Assembly (NCBI GenBank): GCA_036867785.1
Contig: CP145423.1
Location: 124,001 to 188,000 of the forward strand
Source: Plasmodiophora brassicae
Taxonomy: Eukaryota
DNA length: 64,000 bases
Direction: 5' to 3'
Below are positions 12,983 to 25,640 of the stretch, piece after piece. The notes under the pieces are model-generated. The model was not told the origin of the DNA. It ran no database searches and saw only the letters and a list, made by a program, of their open reading frames with translations. Made by a program: the position numbers and the translations under genes. Within the stretch, counting starts at the first letter, position 1. Every line of letters begins with the position of its first letter.

Positions 12983-13485
12983 CCTGCGAGACCTGGCTGT
13001 GCGAACAACCTGTCGCGAATGCCGGGGCCGGCCCTCGCAAATGGGCGTGAATCACTGCCTGCCGCAGACGCCGTGACGCACGCTGACAAGGGGCCCGGGG
13101 CGGCCCAGCGGATCGGTATTCTGGCAGGCGACATAAATATCCCACGTCAGGTAGTATTGTACCTACTCGCGACGATTCCAACGCGAGAACATCATCGGCC
13201 ACGTTCGCCTTCGATGCCCGACAGCTGCCTGTCCAGTTGAGCACATGATGCTTGGTGAAAATCATTGCCGTTGATGCCAGTACCCATTCAGCGTACTGCC
13301 AGACGTTTGCATGCACGACTCCTGCCATCCAGGGAATAGCGCTCGTCGACTATCGAGAGCATGGCAGCCCCGTATCGCAATGCTCTGCCTCAGGCGGCCG
13401 GCCCCGCCTGAACGGATTGACCTCTGACGAAAATATCTGGGTCAGTGTCGCGCGTGTCTCGTGCTGACCAGTCGAGTGTCATGGC

Positions 13486-14271
13486 ATGAATCGATCGGCG
13501 CCTGAGGTGGACGATGGCGTCGTCCTGGATGGCGTGTTTCAACAGGTTTTCGTTGATGGAGACGATGACCGCCACGATACAGCAATCGAGGAGCTCATTA
13601 ATTCGCTTACCGGGGGTCGGCGCAGGATCATGCAAGGGCGAGAGAACAAAATGCTCCTACTGAAACGCATTCGTGATGCTGTCTCGAATATGGAACCACC
13701 TGCACCATCACCACCACCTCCACCACCATCACTGGCTGTGCGCCCACGACCAGCTCGGAAGGTCAGGTTTCGACAAGAACCTCCTGCCAAGCAAGGACCA
13801 GACCGTGTGCGTGTACCTGCACCGATGTACCCACTGTTGACGCCGTCTCCTCTAGAACCAGTGACCGGCGCGTTGACCAGCGAGGATGACGAGGTGGCTG
13901 GTTACACTGACTCCGAGAAGTTCCATGCGGTTCCAGCAGGCTTTCACGCTCTCCACACCGATTCGGATGACGAATCCGGCTTCTCATCATCAGGTAGGCT
14001 ATCATAAGCGATAAGAAACGTGGATATACCAGCTGAGTGAAATCCCGCAGGTGAGACCCAACAAGGATGGTGCGCACAGCCAGAGGACCCCGTTCTGCCA
14101 CCGGTCCCTCGGATCGCTGCCCACCTCATGCGACACGAGCACGAGCACGTCATCACTGGAATACGCGCGATGAGCAAACTGCTTGCTGTATCGTCACTAA
14201 CCTCTAGAAACCATGTCGGCTCAGCCTACACGCAACTGGCTATGAACCTGTCCAGACAAATGTATTCGTGA
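13486..14271 (+). CDS. Hypothetical Pro-rich protein
   Basis: 173-codon ORF plus a probable second exon from ~14051; contains a KVRF (RVxF-like) motif. 5' end uncertain. Confidence 0.45.
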
Positions 14272-14374
14272 ATACACGGCTTTAGGCATGGACGACCCTG
14301 TGACCGACCAAGGCTACCAGTACCGGGCATTGGTGTACGTACAGACGTCGGGTGCCGTAGTCTACTGAATTGCA

Positions 14375-16099
14375 ATGGAGCGACCGGCGGCAGCATCGTC
14401 TCAGGATGACTGGGAGGACCCACGTCATTCCCCTGAGCAGGACACGCTGCTAGCGTCTGGCAAGCAGGTGCCAGCGCGTGTTGCGCTAACGAACCCATAC
14501 GGGCCGTATCGCGACCTTCCATTCCTCCTTCTGTTCATCAGCCACCTCGTCATTGTGCTGTCCTTAGCAGGTCAGCGCTCTGCCCTTTATTGGTAGGCTT
14601 CACATCTCACATTCCCGAAGCGACGCAGGGCCCCTCGTTCCTGAGGGCACATCTGACTGGAGCTGAAGTAATCAGCCCGATGAGTCGCGATCAACTCGGT
14701 GCTCTTACCGGCATCGTAGTCCTGTGCGCCGTGCTGACCGCGTCTGTCGCCATCGCCACGCTTCGCCGCTGGGCCGACCGCATCGTCCCGTTGGCGTTGT
14801 ACTCCGCCATCGCCGTCGAATGCGTCGTTATGGCGCTGGCGTTCGCCACCGGACAGATCCTGCTCGGCATCCTGCTCGCGATCTTCATCGCCTTCACGAT
14901 CGTCTACGCCATCCTCGTTCGCAAACGAATCCGTTTGGCTGCTGTCATGCTCGAAGTACCCGCTGGAACGAATCGTTCGCCGTCAGCTTCTAATCACGCC
15001 GCAGATGTCAGCTGACATCGTGAATGCGTTCACCGGCCCAGTTTATGTTGCGTTCGCGTTCATGGTCCTGGAGCTGTTCTGGGTGGCAGCCTGGGGCCTG
15101 ATGGTCCTGTCGGTCATGACGGGCGACCGAGGCCTGCGCTTGCAGGAGCAGATGGGCAGCCTGCCCGTCTTCCTCTGCCTTATCTCCCTCTTCTGGACCG
15201 TCGAGGTCATCAGCAACATCGTCCACGTCACGGTAGCGTAACTGTCTCCATCTGTTCGCTGCCAGGACTAAATGTGAACAGGCGGCGGGTGTCACCGGTT
15301 CCTGGTGGTTCTTCCACTCGGCGAGGATCCCCACGGCGAACGCCCTGAAGAGGGCAACGACTACGTCGCTCGGGTCGATCTGCTTTGGTTCACTGGTCGT
15401 CGCCGTCCTGTCCGCCCTTCGCGTCATCCTCCAGCCCGCCAAGGACTCGGAGCGATCCTGCGCTGGGGTACCGATCGTTCACATTCTGCCGGCGGGTGCA
15501 ACCTCGACTAACAATCCCTACCTACAGGAGATCATGACTTGCATTGTAGACTTCGTGGAATCTCTGGCGAAGGTCAGCGGTTGGGTTCCCGCAGGATGAG
15601 GAAACTGATCTAGTCCGGAAGATGTTCAATTTGTACGCCTTCTCACGCGTCGCCATCTCGGGTGCCGACTTCATCACCAGCGGGAAGCAGACCGCCGAGC
15701 TGTTCCGCGTCAAGGGCCTCGATGTGATCATCAACGACGACCTGACGGGAATGGCAAGTCGCATTCCATGGCGCGATGATCCTCTCCGTCCCGCCTCTGA
15801 TACCTCGGCAGGTTCTTGTGCTATTCGCCGCACTCGGCGCGATTCTATGCAGCGTCGCAGCCCTGGCCTGCTGCGCGCTTCTGAACGTCCCGGAATCCGT
15901 CGCACCGCCCGCTGTCCTGATCGCCGGCCTTGTCGGGTTCCTCATCGTCTCCCTCGTCGTGAACGTCCTGCGCGGCTGCGTGGCCACCATGTTCGTCTGC
16001 TACGCCGACGACAGCGCCGCCCTGCGCGACTCGCACCCGGAACGGTTCTACAAGCTCCACGACGCCATGCGCCGCCTCTACCCGAACGTCATCGTCTGA
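14375..16099 (+). CDS. Choline transporter-like (CTL/SLC44, PNS1-like)
   Basis: YRDLPFLLLF, SLFWTVEVISNIVHVTVAG, TTSLGSICFGSL, FNLYAF, IINDDL and TMFVCYADD motifs; multiple TM segments. Confidence 0.9.
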
Positions 16100-16280
16100 C
16101 GCAGACTAGTGTATATATCGTACTACAGAAAACTATTGCTGTATTCCCACGCAGGTCTGATGCCGCGCGCGCGGATGCAGGTCCGACGGGGTGAGCTGCA
16201 GGCTGCAGCGCAGCGCACAGTGCGCGCCGCCGACCGCAGCGTTACACGCGCACACGTAACGTTACACGGGCACGTAGCGC

Positions 16281-19097
16281 ATGCTGCCGCGGCTGCTGCT
16301 GCTGCTGCTGCCTGCTCATGTGGCGGGACGCGGCAGCACCCGTCGACTGCTGTCGTCGTGTGCGGGTGCGGTGACGGATGCCGTCGCGCCGGCGTCGGCG
16401 CGGTCGCGCCCGTCGGTGCTGTACGAGGCGTTCCAGCGTGCGCCGTCGGTGGCCCTGGCCACGTCGGCGCTGAAGGAGGAGACGGACCCGGGCCGCGCCT
16501 GGGCGCTGTTCGAGCGCGTGACGCAATCCGGCGGCGGCCACGATCCCGGCATCCGGCTCTTCCAGACGATGATGGCGTTCTGCAAGGCGAACCTGCGGGC
16601 CAAGGCGCCGACCGTCATGCGGGCGGCCGTGTCGCGCGGCATCGGCCTGCGCGATGAACTGTTCCTGATCACGTTCCTGGACGCGTGCCACGGCGAGTCG
16701 TCCCGGGCGGTGATGCTGGACGCCATCGAGTTCTACAGAGCGGCCGGGGTCCGGTCCGCCCCCGTCCTCTGCCGACTGTGCGCCATCTGCCGACAGGCCC
16801 ACCATCCTGAATCGGCGCTGTTCCTCGTGGCGGAGGCCCTGGAGAACGACGTCGCCATCACCGACCGCCTCCTGTCAACGTTCGCCGCCTGCTGTGCCGA
16901 GGCGGCGACGCCTGCCTCCGCCGACCTCGCCGAGCGCCTGCTCGACCTGATCCGCTGCGGGCGCATCGAACCGTTCGGCAACCTGCAGACGTTCGCCAAC
17001 TTCGTGAAGGCGTTGCTGGCGCACGGGCGCGTCGACGCGGCCGCCGCCCTGCTGTCGTGGCTGGAGGCGCACCGGATCCCGCCCACCTACCACCTGTACA
17101 CGCACGTCCTGTCGGCGCTGTCGCGCGCGAACCGCCTCGCCGACGCCCTCGGCGTCCTGCGGCGGATGGTGTCCCGCCAGGTCAAGGTCGACGCCCCCGT
17201 GTTCAGCTCACTGGTGTCCTGCGCCGGCCGCGCACGGGACACGCCCGCCCTGGCGGAATTGCAGGCGTTCGCCAGCGACAGGGACCTGTTGCTCGACGAC
17301 CGCGTCGTCTGCGCCTTCATATCGGCGTTCGCCGCCTGCCGGGACCTGGCCGCCGCTGAACGCGTCTTCCAGACGCGCTCGGGGGCGTCGTCGTGCCCGC
17401 CGCCCGCCGACGTCTACAACGGCATGGTCCGGGCGTACCACCGGCGGCACCGGGTCGACCAGGCGGTCGCCATGCTGGACAAGATGGCGTCGGCGACGTC
17501 GAAAGACGTCCAGTTGACGAGGGTCGCCGTCTACGCCCGGGCCGGGCGCGTCGCCGATGCTCTGGACGCGCTGCGCACGCTGTCGAGGCAGAGGGCCGAC
17601 GTGAGCGCGACGACGCTGTCGACGCTGGTCAGGGCCTGTGGGCGCGCTCGCGACCTGTCGGCCGTCCAGAAAGTGCACCAGCACTGCCAGGCCAGGAACC
17701 TGGCGCACGAGAACGCCGTCGTCCGCGCGTTGATCGGCGCCTACGACCGGTGCGGCGACCTGGCCGCCGCCGAGCAGGCGTTCCTGGCCAGGTCGGTGGT
17801 GTCGTCCCCCGACGCGCCCACGTACGACGCCATGATCGCGGCGTACGACCGCCATGGCGACCTGCCGGCGGCACTGGCCCTCGTCGGGCGGATCGAGGCG
17901 TCGTCGGGCGCCTGCGTCCCGCCCGATGCCGCCGCCAGCGTCGCCGGTGTCCTGTGCAAGGCCGGCCGGCTGGCGGACGCGGTGGCGCTCCTGCAGAGAA
18001 TGGTCGACCGGGGCCTGAAGGTCCCGCCGGCCATGGTCACCCGTCTCGTCGCTGGGTGCGACCGCGCGTTCTCCATCGCCCACCTGCGGGTCGTGCACCG
18101 GCACGCGACCGCCCGGGCGCTGCTCGTCGACGACGACGTCGCCGGCGCGTTCGTCGAGGCGTACGCAGGGTGCGGGCACATTGGCGCCGCTGAGCACGTC
18201 GTCCAGGAGCGGGGCGCGCTGGCCAGTGTCCCCGTGTCCAACGCGCTGATGGCGGCGTACGCCCAGCACGCCATGCTGGGCCATGCGTTCAGGACGTTCG
18301 ACCTGCTCAAGGAGCGCGGCCTGCGACCGGATGGCGGCACGCTGGGCGCCCTGCTCGCCGCCTGCAACAACGTTGGCGATCCGGGGCGCGCGAACGCGGT
18401 CGCCGACGACATGTCGGCGACGTGGCAGATCGAGATGGAGGGTGCGCATCTGGCCACCGTCGTGGATGTGTACGCGAAGGTTGGCGCCCTGGACACGGCC
18501 GAGGAGATGGCGACGTGCAGGACGCCCGACAGCGTCGTGGCGTGGACGGCCGTCCTTCGCGCCTGCTACAGGCATAGGGACGTGGAGCGCGCCGAGCGCG
18601 TCCTCGACGTTATCGAGCGGTTGCGGGGCGTCCCCGGCGACGACCAGGCGGCGGCGTACTCGCTGATGGTGGGCGTCTACGTGGAGGCGGGCCGGATGGG
18701 CGAAGCGGCGCGGCTACGTGACGACATGCAGAGGCGAGGCATCCGGGAGGTCCCCGATCAAACGATCGTACAGCTGCCGGACACGACCGTTGCGTTCACG
18801 ACGAACGACGCGCGGTACCATGCCGAAGCCGGGCTTCGCGAGACGCACGACCGACTGGCCCGCGATGCGGCCGCTGTCAATCCTCGCAGCGAGACGCTGG
18901 CGATGGCGCACGCGCTGAACGCGTCGCCCGACGGGGAACCTGTGCGCCTGGCTGTGACGCGGATGACGACGTCGTGCCACGAGGCTGTCAAGCAGGTGTC
19001 GCGTGTCACCAGACGGCAGGTGCTGGTCCGGGACGGCGGTACCCGTTGCCATCACCGGATCGTGGACGGGGCCTGCTCCTGTCGCGAGTACTGGTAA
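16281..19097 (+). CDS. Pentatricopeptide repeat protein with E/E+ and degenerate DYW domain (938 aa, intronless)
   Basis: Tandem PPR motifs (e.g. YTHVLSALSRANR, YNGMVRAY, WTAVLRAC). The C-terminus SETLAMAHAL...CHEAVKQVSRVTRRQVLVRD...HHRIVDGACSCREYW follows the DYW layout. Confidence 0.9.
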   Translation: MLPRLLLLLLPAHVAGRGSTRRLLSSCAGAVTDAVAPASARSRPSVLYEAFQRAPSVALATSALKEETDPGRAWALFERVTQSGGGHDPGIRLFQTMMAFCKANLRAKAPTVMRAAVSRGIGLRDELFLITFLDACHGESSRAVMLDAIEFYRAAGVRSAPVLCRLCAICRQAHHPESALFLVAEALENDVAITDRLLSTFAACCAEAATPASADLAERLLDLIRCGRIEPFGNLQTFANFVKALLAHGRVDAAAALLSWLEAHRIPPTYHLYTHVLSALSRANRLADALGVLRRMVSRQVKVDAPVFSSLVSCAGRARDTPALAELQAFASDRDLLLDDRVVCAFISAFAACRDLAAAERVFQTRSGASSCPPPADVYNGMVRAYHRRHRVDQAVAMLDKMASATSKDVQLTRVAVYARAGRVADALDALRTLSRQRADVSATTLSTLVRACGRARDLSAVQKVHQHCQARNLAHENAVVRALIGAYDRCGDLAAAEQAFLARSVVSSPDAPTYDAMIAAYDRHGDLPAALALVGRIEASSGACVPPDAAASVAGVLCKAGRLADAVALLQRMVDRGLKVPPAMVTRLVAGCDRAFSIAHLRVVHRHATARALLVDDDVAGAFVEAYAGCGHIGAAEHVVQERGALASVPVSNALMAAYAQHAMLGHAFRTFDLLKERGLRPDGGTLGALLAACNNVGDPGRANAVADDMSATWQIEMEGAHLATVVDVYAKVGALDTAEEMATCRTPDSVVAWTAVLRACYRHRDVERAERVLDVIERLRGVPGDDQAAAYSLMVGVYVEAGRMGEAARLRDDMQRRGIREVPDQTIVQLPDTTVAFTTNDARYHAEAGLRETHDRLARDAAAVNPRSETLAMAHALNASPDGEPVRLAVTRMTTSCHEAVKQVSRVTRRQVLVRDGGTRCHHRIVDGACSCREYW

Positions 19098-19153
19098 TGG
19101 TGGGGGGCGACGCTGCCCCCGTTCCAATAGGAATACAACACCTCATATTAACG

Positions 19154-21892
19154 TCACTGGGTTAGGTCAATGACCTCCACGTCATCGTCGTCGCGAAGGT
19201 CGACCAGTTCGGGTACCGGGGCGGGGTCCTCGACGATGCGACGACGCGCGACGAAGCGATCCATGGGGCCTTGGTCGACAGGTTTGCGCTTCGCAGGGCG
19301 GCGTTCGGGAGCGCCGCCGTCATGGTCGAGGCGCCCTTCGGCGCGAAATTCAACGTCGATCCGGCTGCCCTTGCCGGCATCGAACGTGCTGCTCAGCACG
19401 GCCAGCTTGCGCTTGATCATGGGCCACATGAGGTCGTCCAGCGTGTTCTTCGCCAGGATGTAGCTGACGTTCACGCACGACCGTTCCTGGCCGATACGAT
19501 GAGCGCGATCCTCGGCCTGCAGCAGATCGGACGGGTTCCAGGACAGCTCACAGAAGATGACATTGGACGCGGCGGTCAGCGTGACGCCGAACGACCCCGC
19601 TTGAATGCTCAGAACCATGACCCGGCATTTCCGCTGCACGAACGGGAATTAGAAACGAAACAAGACGCGCGTGCGGCAGGTTGCCAACCTCTTCCTGGAA
19701 CTGGCGGATCAGAGACGGTCGCACGGATTGGCTGACGCCGCCGTCGACGCGCAGGACAACGCCACCGCTGTCGATCTTCTTGACCTCGGCCGTCAGACTG
19801 CAGACGAGGCGGTCGATGACGTCCTTGTGATGCGCAAACACGAGGAACTTTTCCGTATCGTCCGCCTGGAGCTTGGTGGCCACCAGCTTGACGGTCTCGG
19901 GCACCTTGGCCAGACCCGTATCATGGTACAGCTGCGCCAGCAGGCCTCTGGTGTCGTGGCCGCCGCCCATGAGGTCTTCCAGGTCGGAGGCGCTCGAGGA
20001 GGGAAGTTCATCCATGCGCGCCTTGAAGTCTTTGAGCAGTGACGGCGGCAAATCGGATACAGTGAACCCTTCTCGAAACTTGGGCGGGAGATCTGATGAT
20101 CACATGCGAGTGTGTGATGCCCCAGCTATCTACTGCACCAACCGATGGGCCATACATACCCTTCAGGACGTCCTTCTTCAGCCTTCGGATCATGACATTG
20201 TCGACGAGGATCGTGTTCAGCTCCCGGAGGTGCAATGCGCCTCGCGCCTCCCACCCGAACGGGCCGGTCTTCCCATCGCAGTACCGAATGCTGAAGGGTT
20301 TGTATGACCCCACCAGACTGGGGCGAACGCAGTCAACCTATACGGCGCCTACCTAGTCAGTCCACGTGATTCACGATAACAACGATCCTGGGCGAATTAC
20401 CTGTGCAAACAGTTCGATAGGGCGAGCCATGGCCGGCGTGCCACTAAGCAGCAGAGCGCGGCGACACTCTGAGCATATCGGGTCAACGCTTGGACGAGGC
20501 ACAGCAGACGCCAAGGCATGCATACGCTTGACGATAGGCGCGGTCGCCTTCGATCGCTGGGTTGTGGGCGTCTTGATGAAATGGCTTTCATCCAGGATAA
20601 CGACGTTCGGCCTCCAGGACGACGCCTCGATGCGCGGCGCCGTCTTATCCATGAGGCTGTACGCGACGATCAGGAAGCGGACGGTATGCAGTTGGTTCTT
20701 CGAGGGGAAATCCACACCGCACGTGACGATGTAGATGTCCTCCTCCAGGACACGCGAACCAAGCCAATCCATTAGGGCATCGCGCCAGTGAAACCTTAGG
20801 CTGTACACATGTCCACATGTTAGTACGACAGCAAGCAAGGAGCGGCGACGATTTGCGAGAGAGCGCACACCTGGATGGAACAACGACCAGCACTGGCCAA
20901 TCCGATGTGTAATAGGCAGCAAGGGCAATCGCCTGGACCGTTTTCCCCAGGCCCATGTCGTCAGCGATGATGGCGCGCCCACCGAACTTCTCAACAACCT
21001 GCCCCAAATGGAACGTCAAAGACAGCACGTGAAGTGGCTATTGAGGAACAGTCGGTACCTGGGCCACGCCCGACTTCTGAAATGGAAGCAGCTGATCCCA
21101 CAAATCTCTGGGCAGCTTGTTGCAGTCGAACCGTTCTAGGAACGTCAGTTTAGACGTGTCGACAGTCGTGGTACCCAGCACGGTGGCGTTACCGCTTCCG
21201 GACGACCAGTCCTGGGATGGCCCGCTCGGAGAGTACCGGTTCAGAACCCATTTCGGCATCGGCTCCACAGTCACCTTGACCTTCGAGGGCATATCGTTCT
21301 CCAGGAAGTCGGTGAGGTGCTCGAGTAGCGAGATCGGGATGACCCAGGTCGGCATGCCGGCGGCCAGGGGCACCATTCGGCCAAACCGGTTCATCAGCGG
21401 CGCGACGGACGGGTCCCCAATCCGCGGCATGAATTTGACTTCGAATTCGGTCGGTGATACAAGCTCCAGGCAGGCGCGATATGCAGCAGCAGGGCGGCTG
21501 GGATCGGCGATGATCATACCGCGATCATCCACAGGGACAAGGTTGTCCCGCGCCCACCTGGCACCCTTCCTGGATATGTCGCTATCCCAAAGGAACGACT
21601 TACACTGCTCTGGCTGACAGCAATTCCAGAACAGCCGGCCAGTGTTTGGACCCTCCTGCGTTTCGACAATGAACGCACCGACACAGATTCGACCGTACAC
21701 TTGCTACCTTGTGAACCGTATACTGCCGCATCGGCAGCCGGTGCGACGTGCATAGTGGGACCTACGCAGTACCACCCGCTCAGACACAGGACGACTCCTC
21801 GGGCAGCGCTAGAAGATAGTCGCCCGCACCTGCCGCCGGGACGAGCGCGCCGGCGATCCGCCGTCGGCGCCACGCAACGGCGACGAAAACAT
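19154..21892 (-). CDS. SMARCAL1/ZRANB3-like SNF2 helicase with N-terminal GRF zinc finger
   Basis: [35 protein letters not shown] and [11 protein letters not shown] motifs. The spliced N-terminus CTSH...[16 protein letters not shown]...CKSFLWD is a GRF zinc finger. Confidence 0.88.
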
Positions 21893-22034
21893 GACGGTCG
21901 CGCGCGCACTTCGCACGCGGACCTGACCCGTGTCCGTGCTGCTCAGGTGTGCAGCTCCCCGTCGGCCGGGTCCTGACTTAAAATAACCGCACCTGTATTC
22001 GACGAAGCGGCCTTGCCTGCCTATTCTGCACGTC

Positions 22035-23523
22035 CTAGCGGCGTTCGACCTGCTGGAAATCGTCGAGCAGGCCGCGGACCAGCTGCATCGCGTTGTCCAG
22101 TTGGTCGGCGTCGACGCCAAAGTCCGCGACGGCGCGAGACACGCCGCGGCGCTGGATCGCGGACAGCTCGTCGACGTAGAGCTGCAGGAGGTCGTGGACG
22201 GGTTCGGCGCTGGTCCACTGCGCGATCGCTTTAACGGGAACGCGCGCATGCACCTCGGGTTCACGTTCGCCTTCTCCGGCGAACGGCGACGTTGCCGGAA
22301 CGAGCGCCTCGTTGAGAACGCAGTCGGCGGGCCACGGGCGGGACGCGTCACGACCCAGTGTGCACGAGTACTGTGCCGATGGAACGACCGACGACGATGG
22401 ACGATTGGACCACCAATCCTCGAACTGGACGGCGTTATCCGGATGCAACGGCGTCCCATGAAGCGTCCCGACACGAACAGACGGGTTCGTCGCCAACCGC
22501 TCGGCGAGGTCGTTACTGCTGAAGTGTTTCGAAGCCAGACGATAGACAGACGAACCCGCGTGCAAGGCTAGGCCGTGCAAGGCGGGGGTCTCGTGGTGAT
22601 CAGCAGGGCGCATGTGCACTTGAAGGTTCGCAATTGGGTACAGCCCAGCGAAGGACACGAGTTCCTCAAAGGCGGAACGACGACGAGCATGAGGTCGCGT
22701 GTGGGCGTGCACGGCGAAGACGAGCAGGCGCTGCGACGACGACCCGCACAGATCGTCGCGAACGTTTTCCAGGACCGACATCGCAGCAGGGCCGAACATC
22801 GTGTCGATGTCGACGATGCTCTGGATGCACTGCAGCGAGTCACACTTCTCGATCTGGAGACAGGCGCGCCTCGATGAACACAAACGCGGGCGGGAAACCA
22901 GCTTGGCGTTACCTGGTGGCGGGCGCGGTCGACCGCGTCTTCGAGCGCGTCCGCGTTCAGATCAAGGCCGGCTTCGGCGCCATCACCTGCGGTGGTCGAA
23001 GACAGCCGGCACTGGCTGGTGTCGTCGAGCTCGATGCCGTTCTCGTACAGCAGGTTCATCCACTACGCCATTGTATGATTTCTAATCCGGGACGTAGCTT
23101 GTCACCGTAAGCAACGAACCTGTCCCTCCCCGGGCGTAGCCGTCGCTGTGTACATGTCGCTTCGTCCAGCCCTATCGAAAAACGTTTCAGCGACAGTGCT
23201 CGAAGAGAACAGTGGACACCAATTCCAACCACGTCTCACTGGCAAGTTCAGCACCGACAACGGGCAGATTCAGGGAGGGCGGGCGCTCAAATTTACTGCG
23301 GTCATCGTACATCACAACACGTGGACGCACACCATGATCTCCGACGTTGACGAACGCCTCGTGGAGAACGTCGCTGTCGCCCTGCCGGCGACGGTTTTCC
23401 TACGCGATTCGCCATATCACAGCAGGTCCAGCCGGGCTCCGGTGTCCCCACCTCCATGTTGATCATGTGTGCGCCGATCGCGTTGGCGCATGACCCGAAC
23501 TGGAGCTGGACGACCTCGCGCAT
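22035..23523 (-). CDS. MSTO1: Misato/DML1 tubulin-like protein
   Basis: Start MREVVQLQFGSCANAIGAH matches the Misato segment II tubulin-like N-terminus; multi-exon. Confidence 0.7.
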
Positions 23524-23952
23524 CCCTTCGTTCTTCTGGTGCCTTCAAGTCTTGTGAATGTGGCAGGCCACCGTTCTACGCAGTCCGTGACAAGTGACGT
23601 GCAGTTCGGACTGTGCACCTGTGGAGCGGCGCGGATGTCGCGACTCGCGACCCGATTTTCCTGGACGAGTGCACGGATCTATGGAGCGCGGCCAACGTTC
23701 AATCCGGGCGGATTGCGACATTGCTCCATACTAGCGGTCGGGGCCCGCTTTGATTCGCGTATAACTTAGATGTGACCGTTTATCAGTGATGGGACGCTCG
23801 GTGGGGCTTTCGAGTTCCAGGCACTTGCTGCACCTCGCTTGGTTGCGCGCACCAAACCACGGCGGCTGTCTTCCTGGCAAGGCTACTTTCTTCCTGGTGC
23901 CAAGTTCTGCGCGGCTGTCAGTTTGCTGCCTCGGCGAGAATGTATCCGAGCA

Positions 23953-24894
23953 TCAGTCATCCTTGCTTGACCTCCCTCCACGTTTCCCGCCTGATGCTTT
24001 CATCCATCCCCAGAACGTGTCGTACAGGTCGACGAGCACGTCGCCATCACCGATCTTCTCGAGCGCTTCTAGTACACTGGCCCCTGAGTAGAGAATTGAC
24101 ACGGGAATCGCGAGAAACTTGAAGCCGGGCTCGTCGTTCTTCGTGATGCTAACCCAATCGCCATGGAGAACGGGACCGTTTTTCGACCTCAGAAGGACGC
24201 CACCTTCCATCGTTTCGGCTTTGACGTCCCCGGAGAGCGCGATCACCATTTGCGGGCCGTCCTTCACCTGCAGGAGCAGGTCCGCTTTCTCTTTGAGCGA
24301 CAAGCTACGACCCTTGCCCTTCTTGCTTAGGCGGTGGTTCCGCAGGAGCGTGTCAAGTTTCGAGACCTGGGTCACATCTCCCGTGTGTTGCGAATGGGCC
24401 ACCTCAATCTCGATTGGGCAGGACACCAGTTGCCCGCACCGTTCGCCTTGGAGCACCTCGCCAGCGACCAGACTGCCGTTCGTCCTCCACGCCGCCGACC
24501 CACTCCAGACCAATGGTGATCCTGATCCACAAATCGCCAGGTTACACTATGCATTCAATGTGCAGGAGCGGTGCATACCGCCGTCAAGGAGGCGGTCCCT
24601 CCAGTGGACGCCCAGGTCCTCCAGCTTGCCGTTCAACGACCTCTTGAACGCCCCAACGGCGCGGGCGTGGGCGAGCGACTCCATCGACAAGTAGAGCTGA
24701 CCGTCTATGAAAATCATCGGAGATCTCGCAAGTCGAGTGCAACTGTCACAGATCGGTACGTCCTCGTGAATCCATCTACGAAATTCGTCCGTTGTGACGG
24801 AATCCGCTACCAGAACCGTCGTTCCGATCGGCATCTCCCGGACGCGTCGCCTGCATTCAATGCGGTCGTGGAGGCGCGACGCCGGGACCTCCAT
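23953..24894 (-). CDS. Hypothetical protein, possibly Uma2-like PD-(D/E)xK fold
   Basis: Two ORFs joined by a plausible intron; LAHARAV...PIEIEVAHSQ...LKEKADLLL resembles the Uma2-type motif order. Weak. Confidence 0.4.
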
Positions 24895-25025
24895 ATTGTG
24901 TGCTGTCGGGCAACGGCTCGATTGACCGAGTGGCGGACACTCATCGCATTATTATTGTGGCCCCGGTCGCCCGGTCCATTGTCTTATCCTACGGTACGTA
25001 AGCCTCGATGACGACGACGGCAACT

Positions 25026-25361
25026 TGCTCTTTCAAATTTCCTGAAACGCCAAATTCCACTTCGACTTGCTTCCTTGGAGGTTCCCGTTTCCGCGCTACG
25101 GGAGACGAGTTCTGCAGAGGTAGACATACATTGTCATCATTATTGCACGCTCTTGAAATGCAATGCTACAAAGTCAAGGTACTCCGACTGGCGCTTGCGA
25201 TCGTCACCACATTGCTTTTAAGAGCACGCGATAATGGTGCCAATGTATGTCTACCTCTGCAGAACTCGTCTAAACATTCTAGCGCCTGTAGCGCGGAAAC
25301 GGGAACCTCCAAGGAAGCCAGTCGAAGTGGAATTTGACGTTTCAGGAAATTTGAAAGAGCA
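25026..25361. repeat. Long inverted repeat (arms ~25026-25165 and ~25210-25361, 44-nt loop)
   Basis: TGCTCTTTCAAATTTCCTGAAACG...CAATG pairs with CATTG...CGTTTCAGGAAATTTGAAAGAGCA with a few mismatches and one 13-nt indel. Confidence 0.95.
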
Positions 25362-25640
25362 CTTTCATTGCGGTAACGAAGCTGGAAGGCGTCCGAATTG
25401 GGGTCACCCAACTCCAAACCCGGACGTTTCTCGAGAAGGGCAATCGTATAGTCGACATCAACCGTAGGAAACGTACTATCCTATGACACATTCATGGAGA
25501 GCCTGTTGTGGTGTCGACGGGCCAATTGCATCGGATCCAATTCCATCCGAGGACTGACGACAGGATTGTTAAGGGCGTCCTCAGCGAAGAACCCTCTTGG
25601 AGGAAAGTTGCGCACAATGGGATTCGGATGTTGCGCCATG
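25166..25640 (-). pseudogene. Small ORF (~157 codons) broken by one in-frame TAG; its 3' half forms the right arm of the hairpin
   Basis: ORFs 25481-25666 and 25166-25417 are in the same frame, separated only by TAG (25481-25483); TTTAAATA lies upstream on the minus strand. Confidence 0.4.

Noticed and set aside
17208-18575. 455-aa antisense ORF and other long overlapping ORFs
   Set aside because: Shadow ORFs of GC-rich coding sequence (PPR gene); the same applies to 30275-31852 over the LIM gene.
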